From an uncultured virus (IMG/VR IMGVR_UViG_3300020148_000038) (Duplodnaviria > Heunggongvirae > Uroviricota > Caudoviricetes): a DNA stretch of 64,000 bases. The translations under genes and the position numbers were made by a program. The notes below the pieces were generated by a model. The model saw only the letters and a list, made by a program, of their open reading frames with translations. It searched no databases and was not told the DNA's origin. Shown one piece after another: positions 47,097-56,936 of this stretch (its first letter is position 1; each line of letters opens with the position of its first letter). The DNA is taken from the IMG/VR virus record IMGVR_UViG_3300020148_000038. One strand, given 5' to 3'.

Positions 47097-47903
47097 ATGA
47101 TGAATCTTGTGGTGCGAGAAATAGATCCAAATTTAGAAGACCTGAAGGATGAGTCTGTTCATACCCTTATCAATCTATCCATATATCAAGAGCGAGAATA
47201 CTCGTGGTGGGGTCGGTTACCAACTTTTGACTTCTTTAAGAAATGGTTAACCATCAAATCAGAAACAGAGTTCATACCGCTTCTGAGCGAGCCGCCTTTT
47301 GATTCCACTAAAGAATATTCTGATAATCATAGATTGAGTGTCAATACGCACAGTAATTGTACGTATGTTCTTGACAACATGAAATGGGATATGGATATCT
47401 TCCATGCCATTTTCCCATCAGTAGCCCCGAGCGTTCCCGAAAGAATTGACTTGCTTAACGAAGCACTTGAGCTTCGTGCGAGCTTGAACAAACCATTGGA
47501 TATCAATGAATTAGCGCTTCGTGCCGGTTTCTATGTTCCAGAGTTGTTGAAAAGAGGCGTGAAGGTTCGTGAGTTGCTTTATGTAATGGACAACAACATG
47601 AAAATTCACGATATCGATTATTTGACTTATGATGAGAAGTCTATAGCGGCGAGAGCGGAAATAATAAACGATTTGAGGAATTTCGCAACCGATGATTCAG
47701 CTTACGGTTGGTACATGATCATAAATCGCGCCAAGGGCGCGCAATCTAGAAGATTCTATAGCATTAACAAACAAAAACTCTCGGAACTGGTTTCGCGCTA
47801 TACGCCGAAACAGGTAGAGCCATACCTGCTGAGCAACATCAAGATGCAAGATATCATCGTAGCTTTGGGCTCGGGTATTGATATCAACCTTTTAACAAAT
47901 TAA
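47097..47903 (+). CDS. C-terminal IDxD-module family protein
   Basis: ends YLLSNIKMQDIIVALGSGIDINLLTN. Confidence 0.8.
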   Translation: MMNLVVREIDPNLEDLKDESVHTLINLSIYQEREYSWWGRLPTFDFFKKWLTIKSETEFIPLLSEPPFDSTKEYSDNHRLSVNTHSNCTYVLDNMKWDMDIFHAIFPSVAPSVPERIDLLNEALELRASLNKPLDINELALRAGFYVPELLKRGVKVRELLYVMDNNMKIHDIDYLTYDEKSIAARAEIINDLRNFATDDSAYGWYMIINRAKGAQSRRFYSINKQKLSELVSRYTPKQVEPYLLSNIKMQDIIVALGSGIDINLLTN

Positions 47904-48375
47904 CGGCTATATCTACATCAACATTGTTGGCTTCAAACGACCTGATTGTATCAATGTCATAGATACCATTGGCGTACCATTTGATTAGCTCAGGGAACTG
48001 CTCCATGTTGAGGTATCTTTCCAACCATACGTGGGTTTCCTTTTTCTGGAACTCAATCCGCATTCTTTCACGCAGTTTGGACATTGGCTCGACATATTGC
48101 ATCCAAACCATTATTTCGGACCAAATCATACCTTCTTTTTCTACGCTTTGAGTTTTGAGAACATCTATCATCGACTCAGAATCTTCTTGAGAGAATGTTG
48201 TTCCTTCTAAAAGTCTGTTGAGGGATTTGTCTGCTGATTTGTTGTTGGTAAGTTCAGGGCGAACCCAATACAGCAGAAAATATTTGAAGCGGTTTTCTTC
48301 GCACCCCATCGCCCCGAAGTTGTGTCGAGGGTATGTCTGCATCAAATGGTTGTAGAACTCGCTGTACGAAACCAT
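47884..48375 (-). CDS. C-terminal IDxD-module family protein
   Basis: ends WYANGIYDIDTIRSFEANNVDVDIAVNLL. Confidence 0.8.
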   Translation of the reverse strand: MVSYSEFYNHLMQTYPRHNFGAMGCEENRFKYFLLYWVRPELTNNKSADKSLNRLLEGTTFSQEDSESMIDVLKTQSVEKEGMIWSEIMVWMQYVEPMSKLRERMRIEFQKKETHVWLERYLNMEQFPELIKWYANGIYDIDTIRSFEANNVDVDIAVNLLKG

Positions 48376-48414
48376 ATAGCAGTTTTAGAATAGAATTGCT
48401 ATATATGCCAGTGT

Positions 48415-49062
48415 CTAATCGTCTTCTGGGTCTGGGATGACGCTTCTAATGAGTTGCCCTATCGAGCCGCCATAGTCGTAATCGTTTACGAGGTCGAGTA
48501 GTTTGGTTTCTGACTCTACGCGGTCGCCCATGTATTCAATCGTTTCTGAGTTTGGTCTGCCTTCGTATTCAACGTAGAAACTGATGGAAATTTGTTCTTC
48601 AGATCCTTCTTCGAATTCCCCGCCGTACTTTTGAGCAAGCGCTTCACCTATTTCGTAACGGTAATTCTCGATTTGCTCGTTAACTCTTTCTTCGTATTCG
48701 TCGTCGGTTTCGTCTTTCCTTTGTTCCCCAGCGAGGTCTTCTCTGAATGCGGTCAACATGATGTCAACACCGTAGGCGATTCCTTCGTTGGAGACTTCAG
48801 CCCAATGCGCTCGGGAGTAACTGTCGTCGCCATCTAATCTTTCATCGATGTAATCTGAAGCGATTCTAACTTCTTCAAGTGTCATGTTCTGGGGAATTCT
48901 GATGTAGTCTGATGGGTAATTGGTCGGCACATCATTCCATTTATACTGTGAGGGCACCCCGCTGATAACACTATCTCTCTCCTTGGAGGATTGTAGAAGC
49001 TCTTTCCTCCATACATGGGTGAGCTTACCGTTTTTATCGATGATTGGAGTTCTAACGTTCAT
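48415..49062 (-). CDS. DKNG-leader family protein, highly acidic
   Basis: MNVRTPIIDKNGKLTHVWRK; TGTC(49090-49087)-N12-CATAAT-N6-ATG. Confidence 0.85.
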   Translation of the reverse strand: MNVRTPIIDKNGKLTHVWRKELLQSSKERDSVISGVPSQYKWNDVPTNYPSDYIRIPQNMTLEEVRIASDYIDERLDGDDSYSRAHWAEVSNEGIAYGVDIMLTAFREDLAGEQRKDETDDEYEERVNEQIENYRYEIGEALAQKYGGEFEEGSEEQISISFYVEYEGRPNSETIEYMGDRVESETKLLDLVNDYDYGGSIGQLIRSVIPDPEDD

Positions 49063-49222
49063 GTTTTTATTATGCCCTAGTCGAATGACATTATTATGAG
49101 TGACTTCCGCGATGTCCCAGTTTTCTTTGGCAACTGCGTTTGGCGACCGGCATCCAATATCCACACGGTGTATATTGTGCTGTGTTCTTATGGTTGATAA
49201 GTTTGGGCAATTCTGTCATGAC

Positions 49223-49399
49223 AAGATAGTGGTAAGACACTCCATCTCTTTTCCTAAAAAAACTACCGCTATCTTCTGATATTTCCTTTCAATGGGGTGA
49301 TGAGTGTATAATGATGAATGCCCGTCCTGGTTAGCCTCGGGGACCAAATAATTAGAGCTTCGAGCTTACACAGCCCGTGAAGCATCCAGGGCGGGCATT
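49223..49399 (+). ncRNA. candidate structured non-coding RNA(s)
   Basis: 12-bp stem 49223-49234/49264-49275 with a CU-rich loop; UUUCCUUUC at 49282; TATAAT at 49307; 14-bp stem 49317-49330/49386-49399. Confidence 0.45.
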
Positions 49400-49403
49400 A
49401 TGT

Positions 49404-49601
49404 TTAGTTTTTGGCGAGCGCGTTTTCGAGTTCTTCGATTTCTGCTTCTCGCATTTCGATTCCTCGGTTAACGTTGATTACCTGCCACTCGTTAGCGAAC
49501 TCCTTGCGGTATTGCTTGATTTGCTTCTTTGCCTGCTCGTTCAGTGTCTTCAGCCGTTCGATGCGAGCAGGAGCCTTGTCCATATCCTTGAGTGTAATCA
49601 T
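49404..49601 (-). CDS. small coiled-coil protein
   Basis: 65 aa; AAAGGAG SD. Confidence 0.7.
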   Translation of the reverse strand: MITLKDMDKAPARIERLKTLNEQAKKQIKQYRKEFANEWQVINVNRGIEMREAEIEELENALAKN

Positions 49602-49740
49602 TTTATTCTCCTTTTCTCTTTACAAGACCATCATAGCACCGACTACAGACAACTTCTAGTCATTTTGACTAAAACTATTAAATTTGTTTAGAACAGCTTG
49701 AATCAGCGGAAACACCTCTCGCTTCATATAGAATCCACGC

Positions 49741-50868
49741 ATGTTAAAAGCTAGACCTATCACTCCGTTTGTCATTGCAACAGTCATGATCTCGCTATCG
49801 GTTCCGCTACTTGGAATCATGTTGCCTATAGCCGGTTTACCATTCGGTGTTGATTTAAGAGCAACTTCCTTCGTCTGGCTCACCGCATTATTAGCCCTGT
49901 CTGTCATATCTTCTGTTGTTGCCTTAATACTTCTCGTTTTGGACGGCAGGAGAACTTCAACTCCAAACAAAATAGCTATATGGTTCTCATTAATAGGCTC
50001 TTTTGTGGGGCTTTTCTATGGAGTCCCCTTGGTAGCAGTTATTGCATCTATGGTTGTATTAGCGCTGGTTTCTACGATATTTGCTACATCTAAAAAGTCG
50101 GAAGATTTTATTCCAACTGTGTCTTCTTACAGCATGCTCGCAATTATCTCTGGAATCATCGCTGCTGTCTTTTTGGGATACGCAGTGATAGCAGAAATCG
50201 GAACAATGTTGTTTTACGTCTTCAACTTAGAAGATATAGCTTACCTCGGAACTCAAGCAACCAGGGCGGGTAGGTATGAGGTTGGGTTGGATGCAGCATT
50301 GATTGCGGCACCTCTTGGTGCGGTTACGATTGGGATAGTTGCTTTGCTGGTAGCCGCCAAAGGCTATGAAGAAAAGACTGCATCACTTTTTGCAGCAGGA
50401 ATGTTGACGCCCGAAGAGAACTTAGCAAGAACAAAGAAGGCACATTTCTGGGTTAATGATTTCCCAACCCTCGGTCTAACTATATGGATAGCTTCGGTAT
50501 TTCTTTACGCGCTGATATATGGTTTCGTGTATCGTTCAATGTCTTATCCGGGAAGTTGGTCACCGGAAGAGTTGACTACCTACGTTGCGATACGATTCTG
50601 GATTCTTTCTCAGGTATTGGCTATTTTGTTAGTGGGACGCCACCGCAGAGAAAAGGGAAATACGCTATTCGACATCAAGGCGAAGATGGAAGCAGCGTCC
50701 CCTCTTGAATCCGATCCGGAAGCATTTTATGCCTACAAGAAGGATATGGATAAGAAGATTAACAAGATTTCTCGTAAAAGGGGTTGGGGCTATTTTGGTT
50801 GGGTGACAGCAGCGGCCACGCTCGGATCTATATTAGCCGTGGTGACCGCTCTGCCCATCACCTTCTAA
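49741..50868 (+). CDS. multi-pass membrane protein
   Basis: about 9 hydrophobic segments. Confidence 0.8.
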   Translation: MLKARPITPFVIATVMISLSVPLLGIMLPIAGLPFGVDLRATSFVWLTALLALSVISSVVALILLVLDGRRTSTPNKIAIWFSLIGSFVGLFYGVPLVAVIASMVVLALVSTIFATSKKSEDFIPTVSSYSMLAIISGIIAAVFLGYAVIAEIGTMLFYVFNLEDIAYLGTQATRAGRYEVGLDAALIAAPLGAVTIGIVALLVAAKGYEEKTASLFAAGMLTPEENLARTKKAHFWVNDFPTLGLTIWIASVFLYALIYGFVYRSMSYPGSWSPEELTTYVAIRFWILSQVLAILLVGRHRREKGNTLFDIKAKMEAASPLESDPEAFYAYKKDMDKKINKISRKRGWGYFGWVTAAATLGSILAVVTALPITF

Positions 50869-50870
50869 TG

Positions 50871-51032
50871 TTAGATCTTGCAGCAATCCATCACGTCCGA
50901 GTGGTAGAAGGAATAGCCGTCCTCCATCGTGATAAGCTCGCCATCGACAGAAGCTACGATGCCTGAGAACTCAGCGCACCCAATCGAGTCGCCCTCGTCA
51001 ACATAAATCTCGTCGCCAGCCTTGATGTCCAT
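50871..51032 (-). CDS. small SH3/KOW-like beta protein
   Basis: MDIKAGDEIYV...; GAAGGAG SD; TTGACA-N17-TACTGT. Confidence 0.65.
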   Translation of the reverse strand: MDIKAGDEIYVDEGDSIGCAEFSGIVASVDGELITMEDGYSFYHSDVMDCCKI

Positions 51033-51141
51033 TATGAAGCTCCTTCGTTTCGTTTTTCGATAATAATAGAACAGTATCATATTATCTAAAATTTGTCAAT
51101 CGTGTCTGGACTTGTTCATAGATTTCTGATATATTTTAGGT

Positions 51142-51669
51142 ATGAATGCATTTGAGTTCGAGAACTTGTATGAGAAGTATTCGATTGACATCAACAACAT
51201 GACCTGTGTGATGTTGAAGACTCAGGATATTCCTGTTGACACGCTGCTTGATGAACGCAAGTTGTTCTTCGCTGACAAGGAGCACCTTCCCTTTGTGCAA
51301 GGGGCAGTAGCGTCTAACAATTCTCATATCACTTTGCATCAGTCCCTTCTTCCGTGTGTAACTGATGAAGATATCGATCTTGTGCTTGATGGGTGCGAAC
51401 CTGCCGGTTTTGTCACCATCAACTCTATCGAGACTTTCACCGGTCAAGAATACTCCACAATCGTTGCCAAGGTTAATGTGGATGACTGGATTCTCGAAGC
51501 ACACACCCGGTTGAGCTTTTTGCCCCATGTGGATCTTTTCGAGGATTTCATTCCTCATATCACCCTTGCCTATGTCGTACCGGGTTATGTTGATGAAGCC
51601 GTCGAGCGTCTGAGTTTCCTCGTTGGACAGACCAAGACAACTGCTGCACGCATGTCACCTTATCTGTAG
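51142..51669 (+). CDS. 2H phosphoesterase, Acb1-like
   Basis: two HxT motifs (SHITL and FEDFIPHITLAY); TGGACT-N17-TATATT-N6-ATG. Confidence 0.75.
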   Translation: MNAFEFENLYEKYSIDINNMTCVMLKTQDIPVDTLLDERKLFFADKEHLPFVQGAVASNNSHITLHQSLLPCVTDEDIDLVLDGCEPAGFVTINSIETFTGQEYSTIVAKVNVDDWILEAHTRLSFLPHVDLFEDFIPHITLAYVVPGYVDEAVERLSFLVGQTKTTAARMSPYL

Positions 51670-51672
51670 TGG

Positions 51673-52347
51673 TTAGTCCATTGAGCGATTCACGAACTTA
51701 ACTATAAAGAAATCGCTTCTTCCGTGAGTTCTTCTGGACTCGTTCAGTTCTTTTATTTGACTATCGATGTGTTCAAGAGCTACCTTCTTGTCATCGGTGA
51801 GAGAATAAACTTGACTTGCAGATATCTTTCCTGTGGATAGGTCGTTAGCCATATTGAGAAGAATATTTAGTCGTTCATCAATGGATTCGCGCAATGGACG
51901 CCTTCCATCTTTTCCGTCCCATATCCTTTCGAACAGTTCATCAAATGGGGTGGGGATTCCTGCATCATAAGATCTGACGTGTGCTCTCAGCTTGCATATT
52001 TCAGCCGCGTCTTGTTCCATGAGAACTTTGAAGTCGGGAGATTTCTCCATGTTCCTACGGTATATCCTTTCGAATCTTTTAAGGTTTCTGTAGTTCCGAG
52101 GTTTTCTCCCCATCGTGCTATACCATTCTCGTCCGTGGGCGGCATCGAAAATGATTCTCTTGATTGCCTGTTCTTTGTCTTCTTGGGTTATTTTGAGACA
52201 AAGTTCTTCAAAGGTTGCCGCGCTGGTGGCTGGAACGATGCTCCCAACGTTTCGTGAGAAAACGTTGGGAAGTGCAATTTCCTTGACATGTCTGGTAACA
52301 TGTTTGCCATTTTTGTCTACCCTGACTTGAGGTTTGAGCACTCCCAT
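51673..52347 (-). CDS. DKNG-leader family protein
   Basis: LKPQVRVDKNGKHVTRHVK; CGAC-N12-TACTCT-N6-ATG. Confidence 0.85.
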   Translation of the reverse strand: MGVLKPQVRVDKNGKHVTRHVKEIALPNVFSRNVGSIVPATSAATFEELCLKITQEDKEQAIKRIIFDAAHGREWYSTMGRKPRNYRNLKRFERIYRRNMEKSPDFKVLMEQDAAEICKLRAHVRSYDAGIPTPFDELFERIWDGKDGRRPLRESIDERLNILLNMANDLSTGKISASQVYSLTDDKKVALEHIDSQIKELNESRRTHGRSDFFIVKFVNRSMD

Positions 52348-52451
52348 ATGTAGAGAGTATCACTAGTATACGTCGCTTATGTATTATTTTTTAGTATGTT
52401 TGCACAGTTACACGCCTCTGTAATGTCTTCTATATTTGGTAATCTATCTCT

Positions 52452-53339
52452 GTGAGGTTGTCCAGTCTGATTCCGAAGAGAATCATAGATAAAAACGGTA
52501 AACAGAACACTGTTTATATTAAGCCTGAAATTGATGCACCGACCAGACATGTTCCCATCCCAATCAATAGCAATCCAGATTTTCATAGAAGCATATCCAT
52601 CACGGGCTGGCCGACTAGGGCGTTAGCTGGAGTGGATTCAGAAGGTAAATGGGATGGACGCAAACTAGAGCATGAAAGAGTCTTGATAGGTGGATATGAA
52701 AGTTGGCATATAGCTCCGGAAGGACGCTCGGGTGCATATTGTTATCAGTGCCATTCGTTTTATCCTAAAGATACCCACGACTTCTTCAATGCTGAGTGCG
52801 AGGTGTGTGGGTTTACATCTATGGGCAAACCGCTTTCGGGAATAAGAGAAGAGTTTTTGGGCTATTTCGACACATCTACGGTGAAAGACGATAGATGGTT
52901 TCATATTACTACCAACCCGGATTGGGGCAAGGATATCAATGACCCCGAGTATATGGATAAGCCTTTTGTTCATGTAGGGACTGAAGAGGCTGCCTATGAA
53001 AGAATGAGAGATATCATCAAAGATCTTAGAGGCGCATCGAAACCAGATTTTTATTTATACGAAGTGTCGGTGAAGGAGTCCGCGCCTGTTCACCCCGCTA
53101 TCATCTCTGACTACGACATCTCTGCTCCGAAAACTATAAACCAAGTGAAAGAGGAAATCGCGAACGACATCAGTGAAGACGGAACTTCTTACGATGATCG
53201 TGCCGAGTTCTTCGAGATGTATGAATTGAACGGGGTAACAGCCTACATGAATGAATATGAATCCGTAGGTTCCGTTTCGTTGATAGCTCACCCAGATTCT
53301 CTAGAAATTATTGGGGTGAAGGCAATAAATCTAGATTAG
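52452..53339 (+). CDS. DKNG leader + Zn ribbon + ADP-ribosyltransferase-like domain (paralog of 28440..29255)
   Basis: IPKRIIDKNGKQNTVYIK; CYQC...CEVC; WFHITT, VHVGTEEAAYER, AYMNEYESVGSVSL; TGTC(52424)-N12-TAATCT-N6-GTG. Confidence 0.7.
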   Translation: MRLSSLIPKRIIDKNGKQNTVYIKPEIDAPTRHVPIPINSNPDFHRSISITGWPTRALAGVDSEGKWDGRKLEHERVLIGGYESWHIAPEGRSGAYCYQCHSFYPKDTHDFFNAECEVCGFTSMGKPLSGIREEFLGYFDTSTVKDDRWFHITTNPDWGKDINDPEYMDKPFVHVGTEEAAYERMRDIIKDLRGASKPDFYLYEVSVKESAPVHPAIISDYDISAPKTINQVKEEIANDISEDGTSYDDRAEFFEMYELNGVTAYMNEYESVGSVSLIAHPDSLEIIGVKAINLD

Positions 53340-53387
53340 ATGCGAACGTTGTTATAGTATGTTCGCGGAGAAAGAAAGAGTCTATCA

Positions 53388-53792
53388 ATGGATAAGATGG
53401 TCACTCATTTAGAGTCTGCTGGTAACGATGAAGTATCGGCAGCAACTCACATAGCTTTGTTTTATGCATGTATGTCCATCAGGGGTCTTCTCAATGAAAA
53501 GCATCAGGTAGATAGGTCTATATCACCTGTTGAATTCTTCAAAACACATACAGACTATAGACTTTCTATTCGTGACCTAGTTCCTAACGGACTGGATTAC
53601 CAAAGGCTTTATGAGGTTTATCTGGTAGAGAATGGTTGGCAGAGAATACCGTTCTCTCGAATCGAAAAAGAAGAGCCATACAACATTGAGAACTGTTGGG
53701 AAAACGTAGACATCCTGAATCAGTTCATAGAACAACAAAAGTTTTTCAGATTAGAGAACGTAAATAGTCCAGTTCGATTTCCATATCTTTGA
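53388..53792 (+). CDS. hypothetical protein
   Basis: 134-aa ORF with purine-rich SD. Confidence 0.65.
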   Translation: MDKMVTHLESAGNDEVSAATHIALFYACMSIRGLLNEKHQVDRSISPVEFFKTHTDYRLSIRDLVPNGLDYQRLYEVYLVENGWQRIPFSRIEKEEPYNIENCWENVDILNQFIEQQKFFRLENVNSPVRFPYL

Positions 53793-54039
53793 TGGCAGAC
53801 TTTATTGATTCATCTTCTGTGATTGGGAGGTTGGATAATATATCATAGACGATGTACAGTCTTCTGGCGGAATCCAGCATCTCTTTTTTACCCGATTGCT
53901 GTGCCGAAGTGGTGAATGAAACTATCTGCCCTCCTAGTGGTGCTATACCGATGTCTTTTAGAGGTCGTGAAAGGAACTCTTTTAAGTTCCGTTCTATTCT
54001 ATCTAGATGAGTTTCAAAGACCAAAGAACTATTTCCCAT
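53746..54039 (-). CDS. hypothetical protein
   Basis: 97-aa ORF; TAGGAT-N6-ATG. Confidence 0.6.
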   Translation of the reverse strand: MGNSSLVFETHLDRIERNLKEFLSRPLKDIGIAPLGGQIVSFTTSAQQSGKKEMLDSARRLYIVYDILSNLPITEDESIKSAIKDMEIELDYLRSLI

Positions 54040-54123
54040 GCCCGAAATCCTATCAGCGGAATATTTGGAATCATCCTGTTTGCGATATTTGACAACAAAC
54101 TAACGTTGCGCTACCATTAAATT

Positions 54124-54594
54124 ATGACCAACCTGACAATCAACACGACTGTTAATTTCTCTACGACCGAAGATGCCCGCCGAGTGGCTACTGCCTTGGA
54201 AGTTGTGTTGGGAGATAAGTTCGTTCCGGGGTCTATCCATCTCACTGAGTTTCCTTCCATGAAGGATGTTCCGACGCACGTTCCCACTTTTGATAAGAGC
54301 AAGGTGGTACATGGCGTTCAGGGAGGTCTTGGTTTGGCTAACTTCATTATCAAGCACGTCACCGAATCCACTAGCACCGATGTTTCGTCCGACTTCTGGA
54401 ATGAATTTCTTGATGAAATTAAGTCTACCGGGCAGCTTGATAAGCTATCCCTCGTCTCGCTTGTGGGTGAGATTCTTGGGGAAGAGCCTTCATCTACGCG
54501 GGTCATGGATATTGTTGTTGATGCATATTCCGCATTTTATCGTGATGAGGCCGCTCGCGAACTTTCTGTGCTCAGCAGGGCGTCCAAGAGATAA
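54124..54594 (+). CDS. hypothetical protein
   Basis: TTGACA(54089)-N17-TACCAT-N6-ATG. Confidence 0.75.
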   Translation: MTNLTINTTVNFSTTEDARRVATALEVVLGDKFVPGSIHLTEFPSMKDVPTHVPTFDKSKVVHGVQGGLGLANFIIKHVTESTSTDVSSDFWNEFLDEIKSTGQLDKLSLVSLVGEILGEEPSSTRVMDIVVDAYSAFYRDEAARELSVLSRASKR

Positions 54595-54625
54595 AAGCTT
54601 ATATCTTCATAATATAAGCTTTTTC
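54593..54625. terminator. AT-rich inverted repeat between convergent genes
   Basis: AAAAGCTTATAT-N7-ATATAAGCTTTT. Confidence 0.55.
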
Positions 54626-54690
54626 TTGGAATTTGTTGTGTGCAAACAACAGAAAAACATCGTTTGTTTTGTTTGATACATACAAGCGGT

Positions 54691-55161
54691 TTAGTCTTCG
54701 AGCATCCGCATTTTCGTTTCCCACAACTCGATTGCTTCGGAAACGCCGGGAGTTGGGTCTTCTTGATTTAGTTCTTTCTCTTCATCAAGAACTTCACACA
54801 TAAGGTCGTGAGAAGCTTTCATGCTGTTTTGAGAACTGATGATTCTGTTCCATATATCGAATAGCTCTTCCACTTTGTTGGCCTTGTTCACATACAGGTC
54901 GTAGCTTGGTTTACCGTAAAGCCTATCTGTCATGTCCTGTATGTTCTTGATATCTTCGATGGTGAGATTGTAAAGATCCTTGACATCGCCATACTGGTCG
55001 TCGCTGAATGATGGAATGTCACGCATAGCAAACGGTCCTGGTGCGCGGGGAGGTATGGCTTGACGAACACCACCCACCTTGGCAACATCATTTCTTTTGT
55101 GAACGGTGGTAGCCCTTCCGTTCTTATCAATGATTCGTTCTGGGTGCGTATTTGCTGACAT
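54691..55161 (-). CDS. DKNG-leader family protein
   Basis: THPERIIDKNGRATTVHKR; TTTC-N12-TATGAT-N6-ATG. Confidence 0.85.
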   Translation of the reverse strand: MSANTHPERIIDKNGRATTVHKRNDVAKVGGVRQAIPPRAPGPFAMRDIPSFSDDQYGDVKDLYNLTIEDIKNIQDMTDRLYGKPSYDLYVNKANKVEELFDIWNRIISSQNSMKASHDLMCEVLDEEKELNQEDPTPGVSEAIELWETKMRMLED

Positions 55162-55197
55162 GTGAACATCATACACGACACCACCGAAACGAAACTT

Positions 55198-55536
55198 CTA
55201 CTCTATTGGGTAAGAGTATTCAACAAGAAGCTCAGACATCTTTAAAAGGGGTTCATCGCCCTCTAGATACTTCACTCGTTCAACTTCTTGCGGATTTCGT
55301 GACAGCAAGAAGGCTAGCTCTCCAACAGTAATCTTGTCCCAATCAAGCTTCGAGGTTCCTATGAACTTAACCGTGCAAATCATCTCGTCAAAATCAACTT
55401 CTGAACCCCGTCTACCTTCGCCTGGTTTCCTTTTGGATTCCCAATCCATACCGTAGAAGATGGGAGATAGATGGTTCCTAACGGTGTTGTTGATATAGGG
55501 AAAGACTGATTCGCATATTGTTCGATTGTTCACCAT
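55198..55536 (-). CDS. hypothetical protein
   Basis: 112-aa ORF. Confidence 0.6.
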   Translation of the reverse strand: MVNNRTICESVFPYINNTVRNHLSPIFYGMDWESKRKPGEGRRGSEVDFDEMICTVKFIGTSKLDWDKITVGELAFLLSRNPQEVERVKYLEGDEPLLKMSELLVEYSYPIE

Positions 55537-55590
55537 CCGAGTCTAGCATCTTTGCTTGACGATATTGCTTTCTCAGCGTTTAGATTACGT

Positions 55591-56052
55591 TTAGCCCGTG
55601 TAGAACGAAACCAAAGTGTCTACATCAAGACTGCTCTTACTGAGTTTTTCAAGTGCTTCCACGTCGCCTCGGGGAATATGTTTGATGAGATACAATATTT
55701 CGTTTTCGTTCCTGTATCCCCTTGCTTCCTTAATGGAGTCAATTGCCATGATGACGCCTATTAAGTTCAGAGCATATTTATGAACTGCCGCCCAATGTAG
55801 AACGTCACGAGATGACTCACCAAACGGTTCTAATGTATCTTTACACCAATAATAAGCCTGCTCGGTAAAGAAGCGGTCACCACCTAACGCGACGAGCGAG
55901 GCGAATGAGTGCGGAAACCTCTTGGGTAGCTTGAGTCCATTTGCATATAGGTAAACCATGTGTACATAAACACGGTCGTCAAAGGTTATGTTGTGTCTTA
56001 TCGCCCATTTTCTGACTTTCCGCTTATAGAAAGACTCAAAAACATAACTCAT
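55591..56052 (-). CDS. C-terminal IDxD-module family protein
   Basis: ends ALEKLSKSSLDVDTLVSFY; TTGATT-N18-TATAAT-N6-ATG. Confidence 0.7.
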   Translation of the reverse strand: MSYVFESFYKRKVRKWAIRHNITFDDRVYVHMVYLYANGLKLPKRFPHSFASLVALGGDRFFTEQAYYWCKDTLEPFGESSRDVLHWAAVHKYALNLIGVIMAIDSIKEARGYRNENEILYLIKHIPRGDVEALEKLSKSSLDVDTLVSFYTG

Positions 56053-56080
56053 GTCGAGATTATATAGTCAGAATGTCTGG

Positions 56081-56869
56081 TTAATCAAGCGTTGGAAACG
56101 GCAGACAGTTGTTGTCAAATGGGGTGATGATGACATCCTCCACCTTCTTGTGATGCAGATGCGATATCACTGGGTAATTTCGCACGTTCGCGAAATCATA
56201 AAGATTTCTGATTTCCGGGTGCTCGTCATAAGAAAGTAGCCACCCGCTTTCCCTTTCTGCAAGATAGTCTGCCAGTTCCTTATGGTCTAACGACCCGTGA
56301 ATGTAAAGCCCACCACCTTCGGCGTAATACGGCGGGTCGTAATAGACGAACTCGGCATCTGATGCTTCTTTCCAATGTCCGTTCTTAACAACAACTTCGC
56401 TTCGATTCAGAAGCTTGTTGCAACTTTCTGCCCATGCACGAAGTCTCTTCGGACTCCATCTGCAATCAACTTTGTATGCCCCGGTTTGGTTCTTTCCTCC
56501 AATGGGTGAACCTGCCATGCCTCCCATGCCAGAATACGAGATTTGATGCAACGCGAGCTTGCGGAATCCGTCCGCGTATGGATCTCCGGTGTTTGGGTTG
56601 TTCTTAAACTCATAGAAGTCTTCTGCGCGCGGTATATAGCTGTCTATCCGTTTGGTGAGTTCTTCTATATCGTTGACGATAGATAACCAGAGTGCATAAA
56701 TTCCGTAATCCAAGTCGTTGATTACGATTCTTTCTAGAGGTTGTCTCTTCGCCACCTCTAAGGTTATCGCCAACCCTCCCGCAAAAGGTTCCGACCAGTC
56801 TTTTACGTCGGTGGGAATGTACTCTAATAGAGTTTTTGCGTGCTTTCTTTTGCTTCCTGGGTATCTCAT
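56081..56869 (-). CDS. D12-class (Dam-like) N6-adenine DNA methyltransferase
   Basis: MRYPGSK, EPFAGG, INDLD, YYDPPYY and WLLSYD motifs. Confidence 0.92.
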   Translation of the reverse strand: MRYPGSKRKHAKTLLEYIPTDVKDWSEPFAGGLAITLEVAKRQPLERIVINDLDYGIYALWLSIVNDIEELTKRIDSYIPRAEDFYEFKNNPNTGDPYADGFRKLALHQISYSGMGGMAGSPIGGKNQTGAYKVDCRWSPKRLRAWAESCNKLLNRSEVVVKNGHWKEASDAEFVYYDPPYYAEGGGLYIHGSLDHKELADYLAERESGWLLSYDEHPEIRNLYDFANVRNYPVISHLHHKKVEDVIITPFDNNCLPFPTLD

Positions 56870-56936
56870 ATCAATCTCGTAAATGATAGCGCGACAGGTG
56901 TTAAATATCAACAAATCTGCCGAGCAGAACTTGTTG

